A stretch of 20,000 nucleotides of DNA, taken from the IMG/VR virus record IMGVR_UViG_3300042308_000967, positions 52,705 through 72,704 of that record; one strand, 5' to 3'. Position numbers and translations under genes: made by a program. This document shows positions 8,673 to 18,169 of this stretch, in pieces. Position 1 is the stretch's first letter, and the number at the start of each line of letters is the position of its first letter. The stretch is from an uncultured virus (IMG/VR IMGVR_UViG_3300042308_000967). Taxonomy: Duplodnaviria > Heunggongvirae > Uroviricota > Caudoviricetes. The notes beneath the pieces were generated by a model that saw only the letters and a program-made list of their open reading frames with translations, was not told the origin of the DNA and did not search any database.

Positions 8673-9392
8673 ATGCATTTGGTAATTGGAACTCCGATGT
8701 ACGGAGGAATGTGTACAAGTGAATATACGCAATCAATGATTCACTTGTCTGAAGCAGCAAATAAGTCTAATGTAAAATTTACCACTATCTTTCTTGGTAA
8801 TGAGTCTCTAATTCAAAGAGGTCGCAATACGATTGCTCATCACTTTATGAGTATTCCTGATGCAACTCATTTGCTCTTTATTGATGCAGACCTAAAGTTC
8901 CGCGTGGAAGATGTGGTGAAGATGATTAAAGCAGATAAAGGTTTAATCATTGGTCCTGTTCCTCTGAAAGGTTATAACTGGGAAGAGATTCGTAACAGAG
9001 CACTTGCAGGAGAACCAGAGATTCATAGAACTGGTGGTGTATTCAATATCAATCATCTTCCTGGCATTGTTATGGAAGATGAAGAAACACCATTTGAGAT
9101 TGAGCACGGTGGAAATGCAATGATGATGATTCGTCGTGATGTTTTTGAGGAACTTGCACCTCATACTGATTATTATACGAATGGTGGTGCATCACTACCG
9201 GATGGTGTAGAAATTAAAGATTACTTCCGTGTTGAAGTAGACCCAGAGAAGAAGCATCTTCTTTCAGAGGATTATTTCTTCTGCCACTCATATCGTAAGA
9301 TTGGTGGTAAGGTCTGGTGTGCTCCATTCGTTCAAGTTGGCCACTTCGGATCCCATCTGTTCAATGGTCATTATGCTCGTTCATATAAATAA
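8673..9392 (+). CDS. GT-A fold (GT2-like) glycosyltransferase-like protein
   Basis: 239 aa; N-terminal strand LVIGTP, RGRN, DxD motif in HLLFIDADL, MMIRRDVFE, SEDYFFC, late GH; RBS GAGGAG at 8660-8665. Confidence 0.75.
   Translation: MHLVIGTPMYGGMCTSEYTQSMIHLSEAANKSNVKFTTIFLGNESLIQRGRNTIAHHFMSIPDATHLLFIDADLKFRVEDVVKMIKADKGLIIGPVPLKGYNWEEIRNRALAGEPEIHRTGGVFNINHLPGIVMEDEETPFEIEHGGNAMMMIRRDVFEELAPHTDYYTNGGASLPDGVEIKDYFRVEVDPEKKHLLSEDYFFCHSYRKIGGKVWCAPFVQVGHFGSHLFNGHYARSYK
9384..9391 (+). promoter_or_regulatory. T4-type late promoter (TATAAATA)
   Basis: Exact consensus overlapping the stop of the GT gene. Followed by ACTAAAAA (same context as 17261), a GAGGA RBS at 9404-9408 and ATG 9411. Confidence 0.75.
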
Positions 9393-9410
9393 CTAAAAAA
9401 CTAGAGGATA

Positions 9411-9974
9411 ATGGCAGCACAACATCCAATTATTAAATATCGTTTAACCAGAGAAGGAAGAATTCCAGAGTATCTTTGCACTGATCCAAGAGCATTTGCT
9501 GGAATGTATGGTGTAGACACTAATACTCCTGGATTTATTCCTCGCTGGTTGTCACCACAAGAAACTCAATATCTTGGAATGGGTTGTGGTGAAATTGATC
9601 CAGAACAAGGTGCTCCTTCTGGTGTATCAGTAGTTGAAACCAAAGCAGAACTACAAACTTATATCACTGGAATCAGTACTGCTTGGACTGTAGATACTCA
9701 AGTTCTTGTTGGTATTAAAACTGAAACCATTACTTCTTCTGGCATTACTACCTCACCAGAAGTTACTTTTGATCCAGGTCCAGGTGTAGTTGTTGGTGTT
9801 AATACTTCATATACTGATAGTGTAGAGAAGATTGATATTGATGGTAATGTTGCAATTACCACTCATAGAACTTGGAGAACAACTGATACACTGCAAAATC
9901 CATTTGATCCTGTTGCAGCGACTAATGAACTCTGGGGTATTTACGAAGTAGTAAACGGAATTACAACTGGTTGA
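9411..9974 (+). CDS. Hypothetical protein, Thr/Val/Gly-rich C-terminal half, possibly virion-associated
   Basis: 187 aa ORF with late promoter and RBS; several G-[IV]-x-T motifs (GISTA, VGIKT, GITTS, VGVNT, GITTG). Confidence 0.8.
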   Translation: MAAQHPIIKYRLTREGRIPEYLCTDPRAFAGMYGVDTNTPGFIPRWLSPQETQYLGMGCGEIDPEQGAPSGVSVVETKAELQTYITGISTAWTVDTQVLVGIKTETITSSGITTSPEVTFDPGPGVVVGVNTSYTDSVEKIDIDGNVAITTHRTWRTTDTLQNPFDPVAATNELWGIYEVVNGITTG

Positions 9975-9983
9975 TAAAACTTT

Positions 9984-10778
9984 ATGAAAACTTATTATTT
10001 TGATTGTGGGCTTCCACGTTCGGGGTCCACACTTTTGACGGCTTTGCTAAATCAAAATCCTCAAATACACGCAGGCACATTGTCTCCTGTATTTGAGGTT
10101 ATGTATTATACGAACGACAGACTACAAGGAGAGCAAGCACAAGCATTTCCAAAACCACAAATCTTTAAGAAGATGGTTGGAGATGTCATTGATACTTATT
10201 ATTCTGATGTAGAAGAACCTGTGGTCATTGATAAGTGTCGTGCTTGGCCTGCTCATATTGACTTAATCAAACAATACATCACACCAGAACCAAAGATTCT
10301 CTGCACAGTCAGACATCCACTGGAGATACTTGCATCATTTATTGAACTGATTAACAACAGTCGTTCAGTATCTTTTATTGATAAAGCACTGTTACAACAA
10401 GGAATGTTTATTACGGACGATACAAGATGTGAGTTTATGATGAATCCTGGTGGTATTGTATGGGAGTCAATGAATGCACTTGCGACTGCATTTAGAAACA
10501 ATCAGACGCAACACATTCACTTTATTCAGTATGATGACTTGGTGAGTGACCCCAAGAGAGTAATGCAAGGTATTCATTCGTTCTTAAGAATGAAACCTTA
10601 TGAGTATGACTTTGAGAACGTAGAGAATAAGTATAGAGAGAAAGATAGTGAAGTTTATGGACTTCCTACGATGCACGAAGTTCGCCATAAAGTAGAGAAG
10701 AAGTCAAGACACTATTCAGAAGTATTAAGTGAGGAAGTGATAAATAAGTATAAGGATTTAGATTTTTGGAACAGATAA
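9984..10778 (+). CDS. PAPS-dependent sulfotransferase family protein
   Basis: 264 aa; 5'-PSB loop GLPRSGSTLL, IDK, 3'-PB motif ILCTVRHPLEILAS, and IQYDDLVSDP, all typical of the sulfotransferase fold. Confidence 0.88.
   Translation: MKTYYFDCGLPRSGSTLLTALLNQNPQIHAGTLSPVFEVMYYTNDRLQGEQAQAFPKPQIFKKMVGDVIDTYYSDVEEPVVIDKCRAWPAHIDLIKQYITPEPKILCTVRHPLEILASFIELINNSRSVSFIDKALLQQGMFITDDTRCEFMMNPGGIVWESMNALATAFRNNQTQHIHFIQYDDLVSDPKRVMQGIHSFLRMKPYEYDFENVENKYREKDSEVYGLPTMHEVRHKVEKKSRHYSEVLSEEVINKYKDLDFWNR
10739..10746 (+). promoter_or_regulatory. Possible T4-type late promoter (GATAAATA) inside the sulfotransferase 3' end
   Basis: One mismatch to consensus, about 35 nt upstream of ATG 10782, which starts the second propeller block. 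Confidence 0.4.
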
Positions 10779-10781
10779 TAA

Positions 10782-11912
10782 ATGTCTGAAGCAAGGATTA
10801 ACCGAATATCTAATGAAAAGGGAGATGGTGGTCCTTCTATATCAGGAATCACAACTTTTTCTGGTTTAAACTATTTCGTACCACCAAAAGGAACCACGGC
10901 AGAGAGACCTTCAGATTGTCCGCCTGGTTCCATTCGTTTTAATACTGATAGTGCTCATTTAGAATACTTTGATGGACTGCAGTGGTTAGAGTTTGAAGCA
11001 TTCAATAATGAGTTAGGTGTGAATGGTGCTTTAGGAACTCGTGGCGTTTTTGCAGGAGGATATGGATTTACACCAACTCCTGCTATTGTAACCGGAATAG
11101 AATATATAACACTTTCTACATTGGGGGATGGTATAACATTTGGAGAATTAACTGTAGGAACTTTTTTTGCGGGTGCAGGAGCATCATCAACTCGCGGAAT
11201 ATTTGGAGGTGGACGTGCAGCAGGACTGGGACAAAATGTAATCAATTACATAACATTTTCTTCAACTGCAAATGCATTAGATTTTGGGGATCTTACAGTT
11301 GCTAGACAAGAAAATCACGGTTTTTCTAATGCAACAAGAGGGTTATTTGCCGGAGGATATAGATATTCTCCAAATGCATATGTAAATATTATTGATTATG
11401 TAACTATTGCATCAACAGGAGATGCACAAGATTTTGGTGATATAAATTTTTTAGGGGGTTATAAATGTGCTTGTGCATCTTCAACAAGAGGAGTTACAGC
11501 AGATTCTGGTAATACTCTTGAATATGTAACAATATCTTCAACAGGAAATGCTATTGACTTTGGAGATTTAAATGTAAGTTTAACCAAGGGAACTTCTTGC
11601 TCAAATTCTACCAGAGGATTATTTGCTGCAGGACTTGTTCCAGGAGTATCAAATTTAATAGATTTTATTACTATTGCATCTACTGGAAATGCAACTGACT
11701 TTGGAGACTTAACTATTAGTCGTCATAGTCCTGCTGCAGCATCATCCGCAACTCGTGGTGTTTTTGGTGGTGGAGTTACACCTAGTGGTAGTAATGTTAT
11801 TGATTGTGTGTCTATATTAACTGCAGGAAATGCAATAGATTTTGGAGATTTGGTTCGTTATGGTGGAAGAAGAGCACATACTGCTTGTTCTAACGGTCAC
11901 GGAGGTCTATAA
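10782..11912 (+). CDS. Propeller paralogue 7: complete A+B anchor, six blades
   Basis: 376 aa; PPKGTTAERP...GSIRFNTDSAHLEYFDGLQW; tail CSNGHGGL. Confidence 0.92.
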   Translation: MSEARINRISNEKGDGGPSISGITTFSGLNYFVPPKGTTAERPSDCPPGSIRFNTDSAHLEYFDGLQWLEFEAFNNELGVNGALGTRGVFAGGYGFTPTPAIVTGIEYITLSTLGDGITFGELTVGTFFAGAGASSTRGIFGGGRAAGLGQNVINYITFSSTANALDFGDLTVARQENHGFSNATRGLFAGGYRYSPNAYVNIIDYVTIASTGDAQDFGDINFLGGYKCACASSTRGVTADSGNTLEYVTISSTGNAIDFGDLNVSLTKGTSCSNSTRGLFAAGLVPGVSNLIDFITIASTGNATDFGDLTISRHSPAAASSATRGVFGGGVTPSGSNVIDCVSILTAGNAIDFGDLVRYGGRRAHTACSNGHGGL

Positions 11913-13048
11913 TGTCTGAATTTAAGTCATCAAGTTTTAGAAACGAAGACAACAGTGGTGCTCCTGATATTGTTGGAGTCTCTACATTCACTTCACCATA
12001 TTACTTTGTTCCACCATCAGGCACCACAGCAGAGAGACCTTCTGGTGATGGATTAGCACCAGGTATGTTGAGGTTTAATACTGATATTGGAAGACTGGAA
12101 GTATGGAGAGGAGACCATTGGGCAACGATACTTGGTCAAGAAAGTGCTCCTCTTGGTGCTCGTGGAGTAATTGCTGGGGGTGACACTACTGGAGCAGGTG
12201 CAGATACAAATGTAATTCAATATATAACACTCTCAACCACCGGAAATTCTGCTGATTTTGGTGATTTAATAAGAAATCAAAGACACGTTTGTGGAAATGT
12301 TGCGTCAACAACAAGAGGGTTATTTGGAGGTGGATATAAAAGTGGTAGTGCAGGAACAAATACTATCGAATATATAACAATATCTACTCTTGGCAATTCA
12401 ATTGATTTTGGAGACCGTGCAGGTGGTTCTACTTGGTCTTGGGGTGGACTTTCTAATTCAACAAGAGGATTATGGGTTGGAAGTAGTGGAATTCCCGGAA
12501 ATAGTAATGTTATAGATTTTATTACAATTGCATCTACAGGAAATTCTCAAAGTTTTGGTAATCATTTAATTACAAGTAGAGATGTTGCTTGTTTGTCAAG
12601 TAATACCAGAGGAATTCTTGCTGGTGAATATACTAATGATAATACTATAGGATATGTTACTATTGCATCAACAGGAAATGCAGTTGATTTTGGTGATTTA
12701 ACATTTTCAAATCCATCAGGTAATACTTACAATAGAGCGACTGGTTCAAATGGAGTTCGTGGAGTATTTGGACCTCATGGAGAAACTCCAACTGGAAAAT
12801 ATCAATATATTACAATTTCAACATTAGGTAATAGCGTAAATTTTGGTGATGCTTTGTCATCTATTGCTTCTGCAACAGGATCAAGTAGTCCAACAAGAAT
12901 GTTTAGTTGTGGCGGAAATTCACCAGCAATAACTAATTCAATTGATTATATAACTATAACCTCTACAGGTAATGCACAAGATTTTGGTGATTTGATTACT
13001 ACTGCTACCACTGCCGGCGCATTAACCAACGGTCACGGAGGTTTATAA
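11912..13048 (+). CDS. Propeller paralogue 8: complete A+B anchor, six divergent blades
   Basis: 378 aa; TAATG overlap; PPSGTTAERP...GMLRFNTDIGRLEVWRGDHW; tail LTNGHGGL. Confidence 0.92.
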   Translation: MSEFKSSSFRNEDNSGAPDIVGVSTFTSPYYFVPPSGTTAERPSGDGLAPGMLRFNTDIGRLEVWRGDHWATILGQESAPLGARGVIAGGDTTGAGADTNVIQYITLSTTGNSADFGDLIRNQRHVCGNVASTTRGLFGGGYKSGSAGTNTIEYITISTLGNSIDFGDRAGGSTWSWGGLSNSTRGLWVGSSGIPGNSNVIDFITIASTGNSQSFGNHLITSRDVACLSSNTRGILAGEYTNDNTIGYVTIASTGNAVDFGDLTFSNPSGNTYNRATGSNGVRGVFGPHGETPTGKYQYITISTLGNSVNFGDALSSIASATGSSSPTRMFSCGGNSPAITNSIDYITITSTGNAQDFGDLITTATTAGALTNGHGGL

Positions 13049-13051
13049 GAA

Positions 13052-14149
13052 ATGTCTAAACTCAACATTAGCAGATTAACCAACGAGAACGAGGACGGCT
13101 CACCAAAGATTACTGGTATTACTACCTTTTCTTCTACTGCATTTTTAGAAGCACCAAAAGGAACCACAGCACAAAGACCAACAAATCCACTACCAGGTGC
13201 AATTCGTTTTAATACTGATGGTGGACATTTGGAATATTTTACTGGTGAGTTCTGGGATGAAGTTCTTGTTGCTAATAATAGTTTAGATGGTGGTAATCGT
13301 GGTGTTTTTGGTGGGGGATTAACAACACCAGGTTTAGGTGCAAATAATACAATTGAATTTGTAACTATCTCAACAATAGGAAATGCAATAGATTTTGGCG
13401 ATTTAACTGTTGCTAGATATGCACTAGCGTCATCCTCATCATCAACTAGAGGATTATTTGCTGGCGGTATTCCACAACCAGAATATAATGTAATTGACTA
13501 TTTAACATTTTCTTCAACAGGAAATGCTTTAGATTTTGGAGATTTATTATCTGGTATAAGTCAACTTATGTCTTGTTCTTCATCAACAAGAGCAATTTTT
13601 GCTGGAGGATACACTCCAACCATTAATGTAATTCAATATGTAACAATTGCATCAACAGGAAACTCTGTTGATTTCGGAGACTTAACAACAGTCAGAAGAA
13701 ATGCAGCGGCGTGTTCATCATCAACTCGTGGTCTATTTGGTGGAGGTATTACGCCAGGAACAACAAATACAATAGATTATATTACAATATCAACATTAGG
13801 AAATGCTATTAATTTTGGTAATTTAACTCTAGCAAGAAATAACCTTGCGGGATGCTCAAATTCTACTCGCGGATTATTTGGTGGTGGTTCTGGCGTATCT
13901 AATGTGATTGATTATGTGACTATTGCAGCAACAGGAGATGCAACTGACTTTGGTGATTTAACCGTTGCAAGAAGATATTTGGCGTCTTGTTCTTCATCAA
14001 CTCGTGGTTTATTTGGTGGTGGCTATAGTCCAACAACGAATGTAATTGATTATGTAACAATATTATCAACAGGAAATGCACTTGACTTTGGAGATTTAAC
14101 AAGTTCTGGTTGGTTAGGTGCCTGCTCCAACGGTCACGGAGGACTATAA
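13052..14149 (+). CDS. Propeller paralogue 9: complete A+B anchor, six blades
   Basis: 365 aa; APKGTTAQRP...GAIRFNTDGGHLEYFTGEFW; tail CSNGHGGL. Confidence 0.92.
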   Translation: MSKLNISRLTNENEDGSPKITGITTFSSTAFLEAPKGTTAQRPTNPLPGAIRFNTDGGHLEYFTGEFWDEVLVANNSLDGGNRGVFGGGLTTPGLGANNTIEFVTISTIGNAIDFGDLTVARYALASSSSSTRGLFAGGIPQPEYNVIDYLTFSSTGNALDFGDLLSGISQLMSCSSSTRAIFAGGYTPTINVIQYVTIASTGNSVDFGDLTTVRRNAAACSSSTRGLFGGGITPGTTNTIDYITISTLGNAINFGNLTLARNNLAGCSNSTRGLFGGGSGVSNVIDYVTIAATGDATDFGDLTVARRYLASCSSSTRGLFGGGYSPTTNVIDYVTILSTGNALDFGDLTSSGWLGACSNGHGGL

Positions 14150-14152
14150 ATA
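14145..14152 (+). promoter_or_regulatory. T4-type late promoter (TATAAATA)
   Basis: Exact consensus overlapping the stop at 14147-14149; GGAG at 14160-14163; ATG 14175. Confidence 0.75.
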
Positions 14153-14174
14153 TCACTATGGAGAATAAACAATA

Positions 14175-15170
14175 ATGGCAGCAGCACCAGGAGCATTACG
14201 TTTTAATACAGACTCGCTGAAGATGGAACTCTACGATGGAAATCAGTGGGTAGAAATTGTTGCGACTTCTCCTGAAGCACAGACTGGTGGTGCTCGTGGT
14301 GTTTTTGGTTCTGGTGGAACAGATCCATCTCCTATATTTAATGTGATTGATTATGTTACAATATCAACCACAGGAAATGCACAAGATTTTGGAGATTTAC
14401 TTGGAGCATATACAATCCGATCTTCTTGTTCATCTTCAACCAGAGGATTATTTGCAGGTGGTCAAAATGGTCCTGCGCCAGGGTATACGAATACAATAGA
14501 GTATATTACTATTTCATCTACAGGAAACTCACAAGATTTTGGCGATTTAACTCAAGTAAAAACTTCTTTAGGTTCTTGTTCAAACTCAACTAGAGGAATA
14601 TTTGGTGGAGGAGTTTTATTTTCTGCGCCTACCACCTTTCAAATTAATGTAATTGAATATGTAACAATATCTTCAATCGGAAACGCTATAGATTTTGGCG
14701 ACTTATCACACACAAATGCAAATCAAGTGTCAGCATTATCATCATCAACTCGTGGAATTTTTGGTGGTGGAGCTCCAAACGTAAATATAATAGAATTTAT
14801 AACAATATCAACTACAGGAAATTCTGCTGACTTTGGAGATTTAACTGTTGCTCGTCATGGGCACGAAGGAATGTCCAATTCAATTCGTGGACTATTCGCT
14901 GGTGGAGCAAGTCCAGATAATGTGATTGATTATATCACAATAGCAGCACTAGGAAATGCAATTGATTTTGGGGATTTGACAAGTGCAAGAAGAAATAGTT
15001 GCGGAACATCCTCTTCAACTAGAGCAGTAATAGCGGGATCAGATTATCCTTCTACAAATGTAATTGATTATGTGACGATTATGACTACAGGAAATGCAAT
15101 TGATTTTGGAGATAGAACTGGAAATTATGGTGGTAGATGTGGTCTCTCCAACGGTCACGGAGGTTTATAA
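14175..15170 (+). CDS. Propeller paralogue 10: B-only anchor, six blades
   Basis: 331 aa; begins MAAAPGALRFNTDSLKMELYDGNQW; tail LSNGHGGL. Confidence 0.92.
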   Translation: MAAAPGALRFNTDSLKMELYDGNQWVEIVATSPEAQTGGARGVFGSGGTDPSPIFNVIDYVTISTTGNAQDFGDLLGAYTIRSSCSSSTRGLFAGGQNGPAPGYTNTIEYITISSTGNSQDFGDLTQVKTSLGSCSNSTRGIFGGGVLFSAPTTFQINVIEYVTISSIGNAIDFGDLSHTNANQVSALSSSTRGIFGGGAPNVNIIEFITISTTGNSADFGDLTVARHGHEGMSNSIRGLFAGGASPDNVIDYITIAALGNAIDFGDLTSARRNSCGTSSSTRAVIAGSDYPSTNVIDYVTIMTTGNAIDFGDRTGNYGGRCGLSNGHGGL

Positions 15171-15173
15171 GAA

Positions 15174-16202
15174 ATGTCTGAATTTAGAGTAGACCAAATC
15201 ACAAATCAGTCAGGCTCAAGAGGACCAGACATTGCAGGTATTACAACTTTCTCTGCGACTTCTGGGATGTTGATGCCAAGTGGAACAACAGAATATCGTG
15301 GAGGAAGAGGAAGAGGTTTGTTTGGTGGTGGTTATACATTTCCAGCACCAACAACTAATTTCAATATAATTGATTACGTGACCATCGCAACACTAGGAAA
15401 CGCATTAGATTTTGGAGATTTAGCACAACAAGGAACAAATAATAGTATAGGTGCCTGTGCATCATCAACTCGCGGAGTTTGGGGTGGAGGAAGTGAAGAA
15501 CCATCAACAAATTCAAATGTAATTCAATTTGTAACAATATCTTCAACAGGAAACTCTTTTGATTTTGGGGATTTAACCTTTGCAAGAAGAAGTGCAGGTG
15601 CTTGTTCTTCATCAACTCGTGGGATATGGGCAGGAGGAAGAACGCCAACGTCTCAAAATGTAATTGATTATATAACTATCTCAACTCTTGGAAATGCATC
15701 AGTTTTTGGAGATTTAAATAGAGGTCATAGTAGTAATACTAGTGTGGGTGCTTGTTCATCACCAACTCGCGGAATATTTGCAGGAGGTTATAGTCCAAAT
15801 GTCAACACAATTACTTTTATAACAATTGCAAATACTGGAAATGGTCAATATTTTGGAGATTTAACAGTACCAAGAAGCAGTGGAGGATGTTGCTCAAATT
15901 TAACTCGTGGAATATTTGCAGGAGGTAATAGTACCAATGTGATTGATTATTTTACTATTGCCTCTTCTGGAAATGCAATAGATTTTGGAGATTTAACATA
16001 TTCTAGTTCTCAAATATCTGCCTGTTCAAATTCAAGTCGTGGAATTTTTGCTGGTGGGTATTTTGCACCCGGAGGGGCAAATATTATAAGTTTTGTGACT
16101 ATTGCTTCTACAGGAAACGCTTCAGACTTTGGAGACTTAACTCAAGGAAGAGCAATAAGAAACGCAGGTTGCTCTGACGCTCACGGAGGTTTAGGAGACT
16201 AA
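15174..16202 (+). CDS. Propeller paralogue 11: A-only anchor, six blades
   Basis: 342 aa; MSEFRVDQITNQ...GPDIAGITTF...MPSGTTEYR runs straight into GGRGRGLFGGG; tail CSDAHGGLGD. Confidence 0.92.
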   Translation: MSEFRVDQITNQSGSRGPDIAGITTFSATSGMLMPSGTTEYRGGRGRGLFGGGYTFPAPTTNFNIIDYVTIATLGNALDFGDLAQQGTNNSIGACASSTRGVWGGGSEEPSTNSNVIQFVTISSTGNSFDFGDLTFARRSAGACSSSTRGIWAGGRTPTSQNVIDYITISTLGNASVFGDLNRGHSSNTSVGACSSPTRGIFAGGYSPNVNTITFITIANTGNGQYFGDLTVPRSSGGCCSNLTRGIFAGGNSTNVIDYFTIASSGNAIDFGDLTYSSSQISACSNSSRGIFAGGYFAPGGANIISFVTIASTGNASDFGDLTQGRAIRNAGCSDAHGGLGD

Positions 16203-16203
16203 T

Positions 16204-17265
16204 ATGCCTATCAACGAAAACGCACCACTTTCAGTCACACCAGGAGCAATCAGATTTAACACTGACTCTATGAAGTTAGAGTATTATCGTGGTGGTCCTG
16301 TAGGATTTGGAACCACTACAACGACTGGTGAATGGGTTAATCTTACAACAGACTCACCAGACATTCAGACTGGTGGTGCTCGTGGGTTGTTTGCGGGTGG
16401 ATATACAAATAGTCCATTTGGATTTACAAATATTATTGAATATATTACAATATCTACAACGGGAAATGCAATTGATTTTGGCGATTTAAGTAATGCAAGA
16501 CAAGATCCTCACGGAACAGCATCAAATACTCGTGGTATTTTTGCAGGTTCAAGTGGTCCACAAAATAATATAATTGAATTTGTAACCATATCATCAACAG
16601 GAAATTCACAGTCTTTTGGACAATTAACAAGACCTTCAATATATCACTATGGACATAGCAATCAAACAAGAGGACTTTACTGTGGAGGTTTTCAATCACC
16701 AACAACAGTTCTTAATACAATTGATTATATAACAATTGCTGCAACAGGAAATGCAGTAGATTTTGGAGACCTCACAGTAGCAAGAGACACGCATAGTTCA
16801 TTTGCATCTTCAACAAGGGGAATATGTGCGGGAGGGAGAACTGTTGTACCATCAACATTTACTAATCTAATTGATTTTGTAACTATTTCATCTTTGGGTA
16901 ATGCTGCAGATTTTGGCGATTTATATGTTACGGCAAGATTTGCTTCAGGATGTTCTAACTCAATCAGAGGTGTGATTGCTGGCGGTTATAATCCTGCAGT
17001 CACAAATACAATTCAATATATTACAATTGCATCATTAGGAAATTCTCAAGACTTTGGTGATTTAACCGTTGGTCGTATTGCACTATCATCAGCAGCATCA
17101 CCAACTCGTGGAGTGTTTAGAGGTGGAGAAACTCCTACTATGCAAAATGTTATTGATTATGTGACTATTATGAGTGCAGGAAATGCAATTGATTTTGGTG
17201 ATGCAACAACCACCATCACTTCAGTTTCTGGAGGTTGCTCCAACGGCCACGGTGGTCTTGGATAA
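16204..17265 (+). CDS. Propeller paralogue 12: B-only anchor, six blades
   Basis: 353 aa; TPGAIRFNTDSMKLEYYRG...GEW; tail CSNGHGGLG. Confidence 0.92.
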   Translation: MPINENAPLSVTPGAIRFNTDSMKLEYYRGGPVGFGTTTTTGEWVNLTTDSPDIQTGGARGLFAGGYTNSPFGFTNIIEYITISTTGNAIDFGDLSNARQDPHGTASNTRGIFAGSSGPQNNIIEFVTISSTGNSQSFGQLTRPSIYHYGHSNQTRGLYCGGFQSPTTVLNTIDYITIAATGNAVDFGDLTVARDTHSSFASSTRGICAGGRTVVPSTFTNLIDFVTISSLGNAADFGDLYVTARFASGCSNSIRGVIAGGYNPAVTNTIQYITIASLGNSQDFGDLTVGRIALSSAASPTRGVFRGGETPTMQNVIDYVTIMSAGNAIDFGDATTTITSVSGGCSNGHGGLG

Positions 17266-17268
17266 ATA
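17261..17268 (+). promoter_or_regulatory. Putative T4-type late promoter (GATAAATA)
   Basis: ATAAATAACTAAAAA context identical to the promoter at 9384; upstream of ATG 17285. Confidence 0.65.
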
Positions 17269-17284
17269 ACTAAAAAGTACGAAG

Positions 17285-18166
17285 ATGTCTGTTATTAAGG
17301 TAAACAATATAACAAATAGAGATGGGACATCAGGACCAGTAATTGCAGGGATTACTACTGTGTCCACAACTTCTCATATGGTTGTTCCGACTGGTAATAC
17401 AGGACAGAAAGTTGCATTAGCACCGGATCCTTATATTAACAATTTGGTTCTTGCACTACCTTTTAATAGTGAGAGTGTTTTTGATGATGTGAGTCCAAAA
17501 AGTAAAGGAACTCCAGCAGTACAAGGAAGTTTTGGTTCATCAACTTCAAGTCTTCCATTTGGAATTACTGGAGTTACTACAACTTCAAGTGGTATTGTCA
17601 CTTTCTCCAAATATTATGGAACAAGTTGTTATTTTGACGGAGTTGGAGACCATTTAAAATTTGCGGGGTCTGGAGATTTTCAGTATGCAGCAAATGATTT
17701 TACAATTGAATTTTGGTGGTATCCAACTAATACTACAAGACAAGCATTATATCACGGAAGTTTTGGTGCGGATTACTCTATAGGCATTGACTATAATTCA
17801 ACAGGTGCAAACAAGTTAGGAATATGGGCAAGTTCAAATGGGTCTTCTTGGAATTTGATTAACGCAGATGGTGGTGGAAATGGTATTTGTAGCACTGCAG
17901 TTCCACAAAATCAATGGAATCACATTGCTTTTGTTAGAAATGGAACTACCTGGAGATTATATTTAAATGGAATTGTAGATTGTACAGTTTCTAATTTATC
18001 GGGAAGTGTTGATGTTACTGCAACTGATGTTCAGGCAATTGGTGCTTGGTGGAATTCTGAAACAGCAATGAGTGACTTATATGGTTATTTGCAAGACTTT
18101 AGAATTTACAATGGTGTAGCAAAGTACACATCAAACTTTACACCTCCTACACAGATTGCATTATAA
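17285..18166 (+). CDS. A-only anchor plus LamG/concanavalin-A-like domain protein (no propeller); putative lectin-like virion protein
   Basis: 293 aa; N-terminus homologous to paralogues 7-9 and 11 (IKVNNITN...GPVIAGITT...VPTGNT). LamG hallmarks SCYFDG.GDHL, DFTIEFWWY, WNHIAFVRNG...LYLNG, GYLQDFRIYNGVAKYTSNF. Confidence 0.88.
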   Translation: MSVIKVNNITNRDGTSGPVIAGITTVSTTSHMVVPTGNTGQKVALAPDPYINNLVLALPFNSESVFDDVSPKSKGTPAVQGSFGSSTSSLPFGITGVTTTSSGIVTFSKYYGTSCYFDGVGDHLKFAGSGDFQYAANDFTIEFWWYPTNTTRQALYHGSFGADYSIGIDYNSTGANKLGIWASSNGSSWNLINADGGGNGICSTAVPQNQWNHIAFVRNGTTWRLYLNGIVDCTVSNLSGSVDVTATDVQAIGAWWNSETAMSDLYGYLQDFRIYNGVAKYTSNFTPPTQIAL

Positions 18167-18169
18167 GTT

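Noticed and set aside
14158..14175. Mini-ORF MENKQ* coupled by TAATG to paralogue 10
   Set aside because: Five codons with no upstream RBS; its ATGGAG is more simply the GGAG ribosome-binding site of the 14175 gene.
351..16705. Short alternative-frame and antisense ORFs in the track (e.g. 815..1087, 4897..5193, 6930..7157, 10955..11245, 5979..6188, 7095..7370)
   Set aside because: They overlap well-supported genes and are shadows of the repetitive, codon-biased sense ORFs (recurring KSPKS is the reverse of DFGDL).
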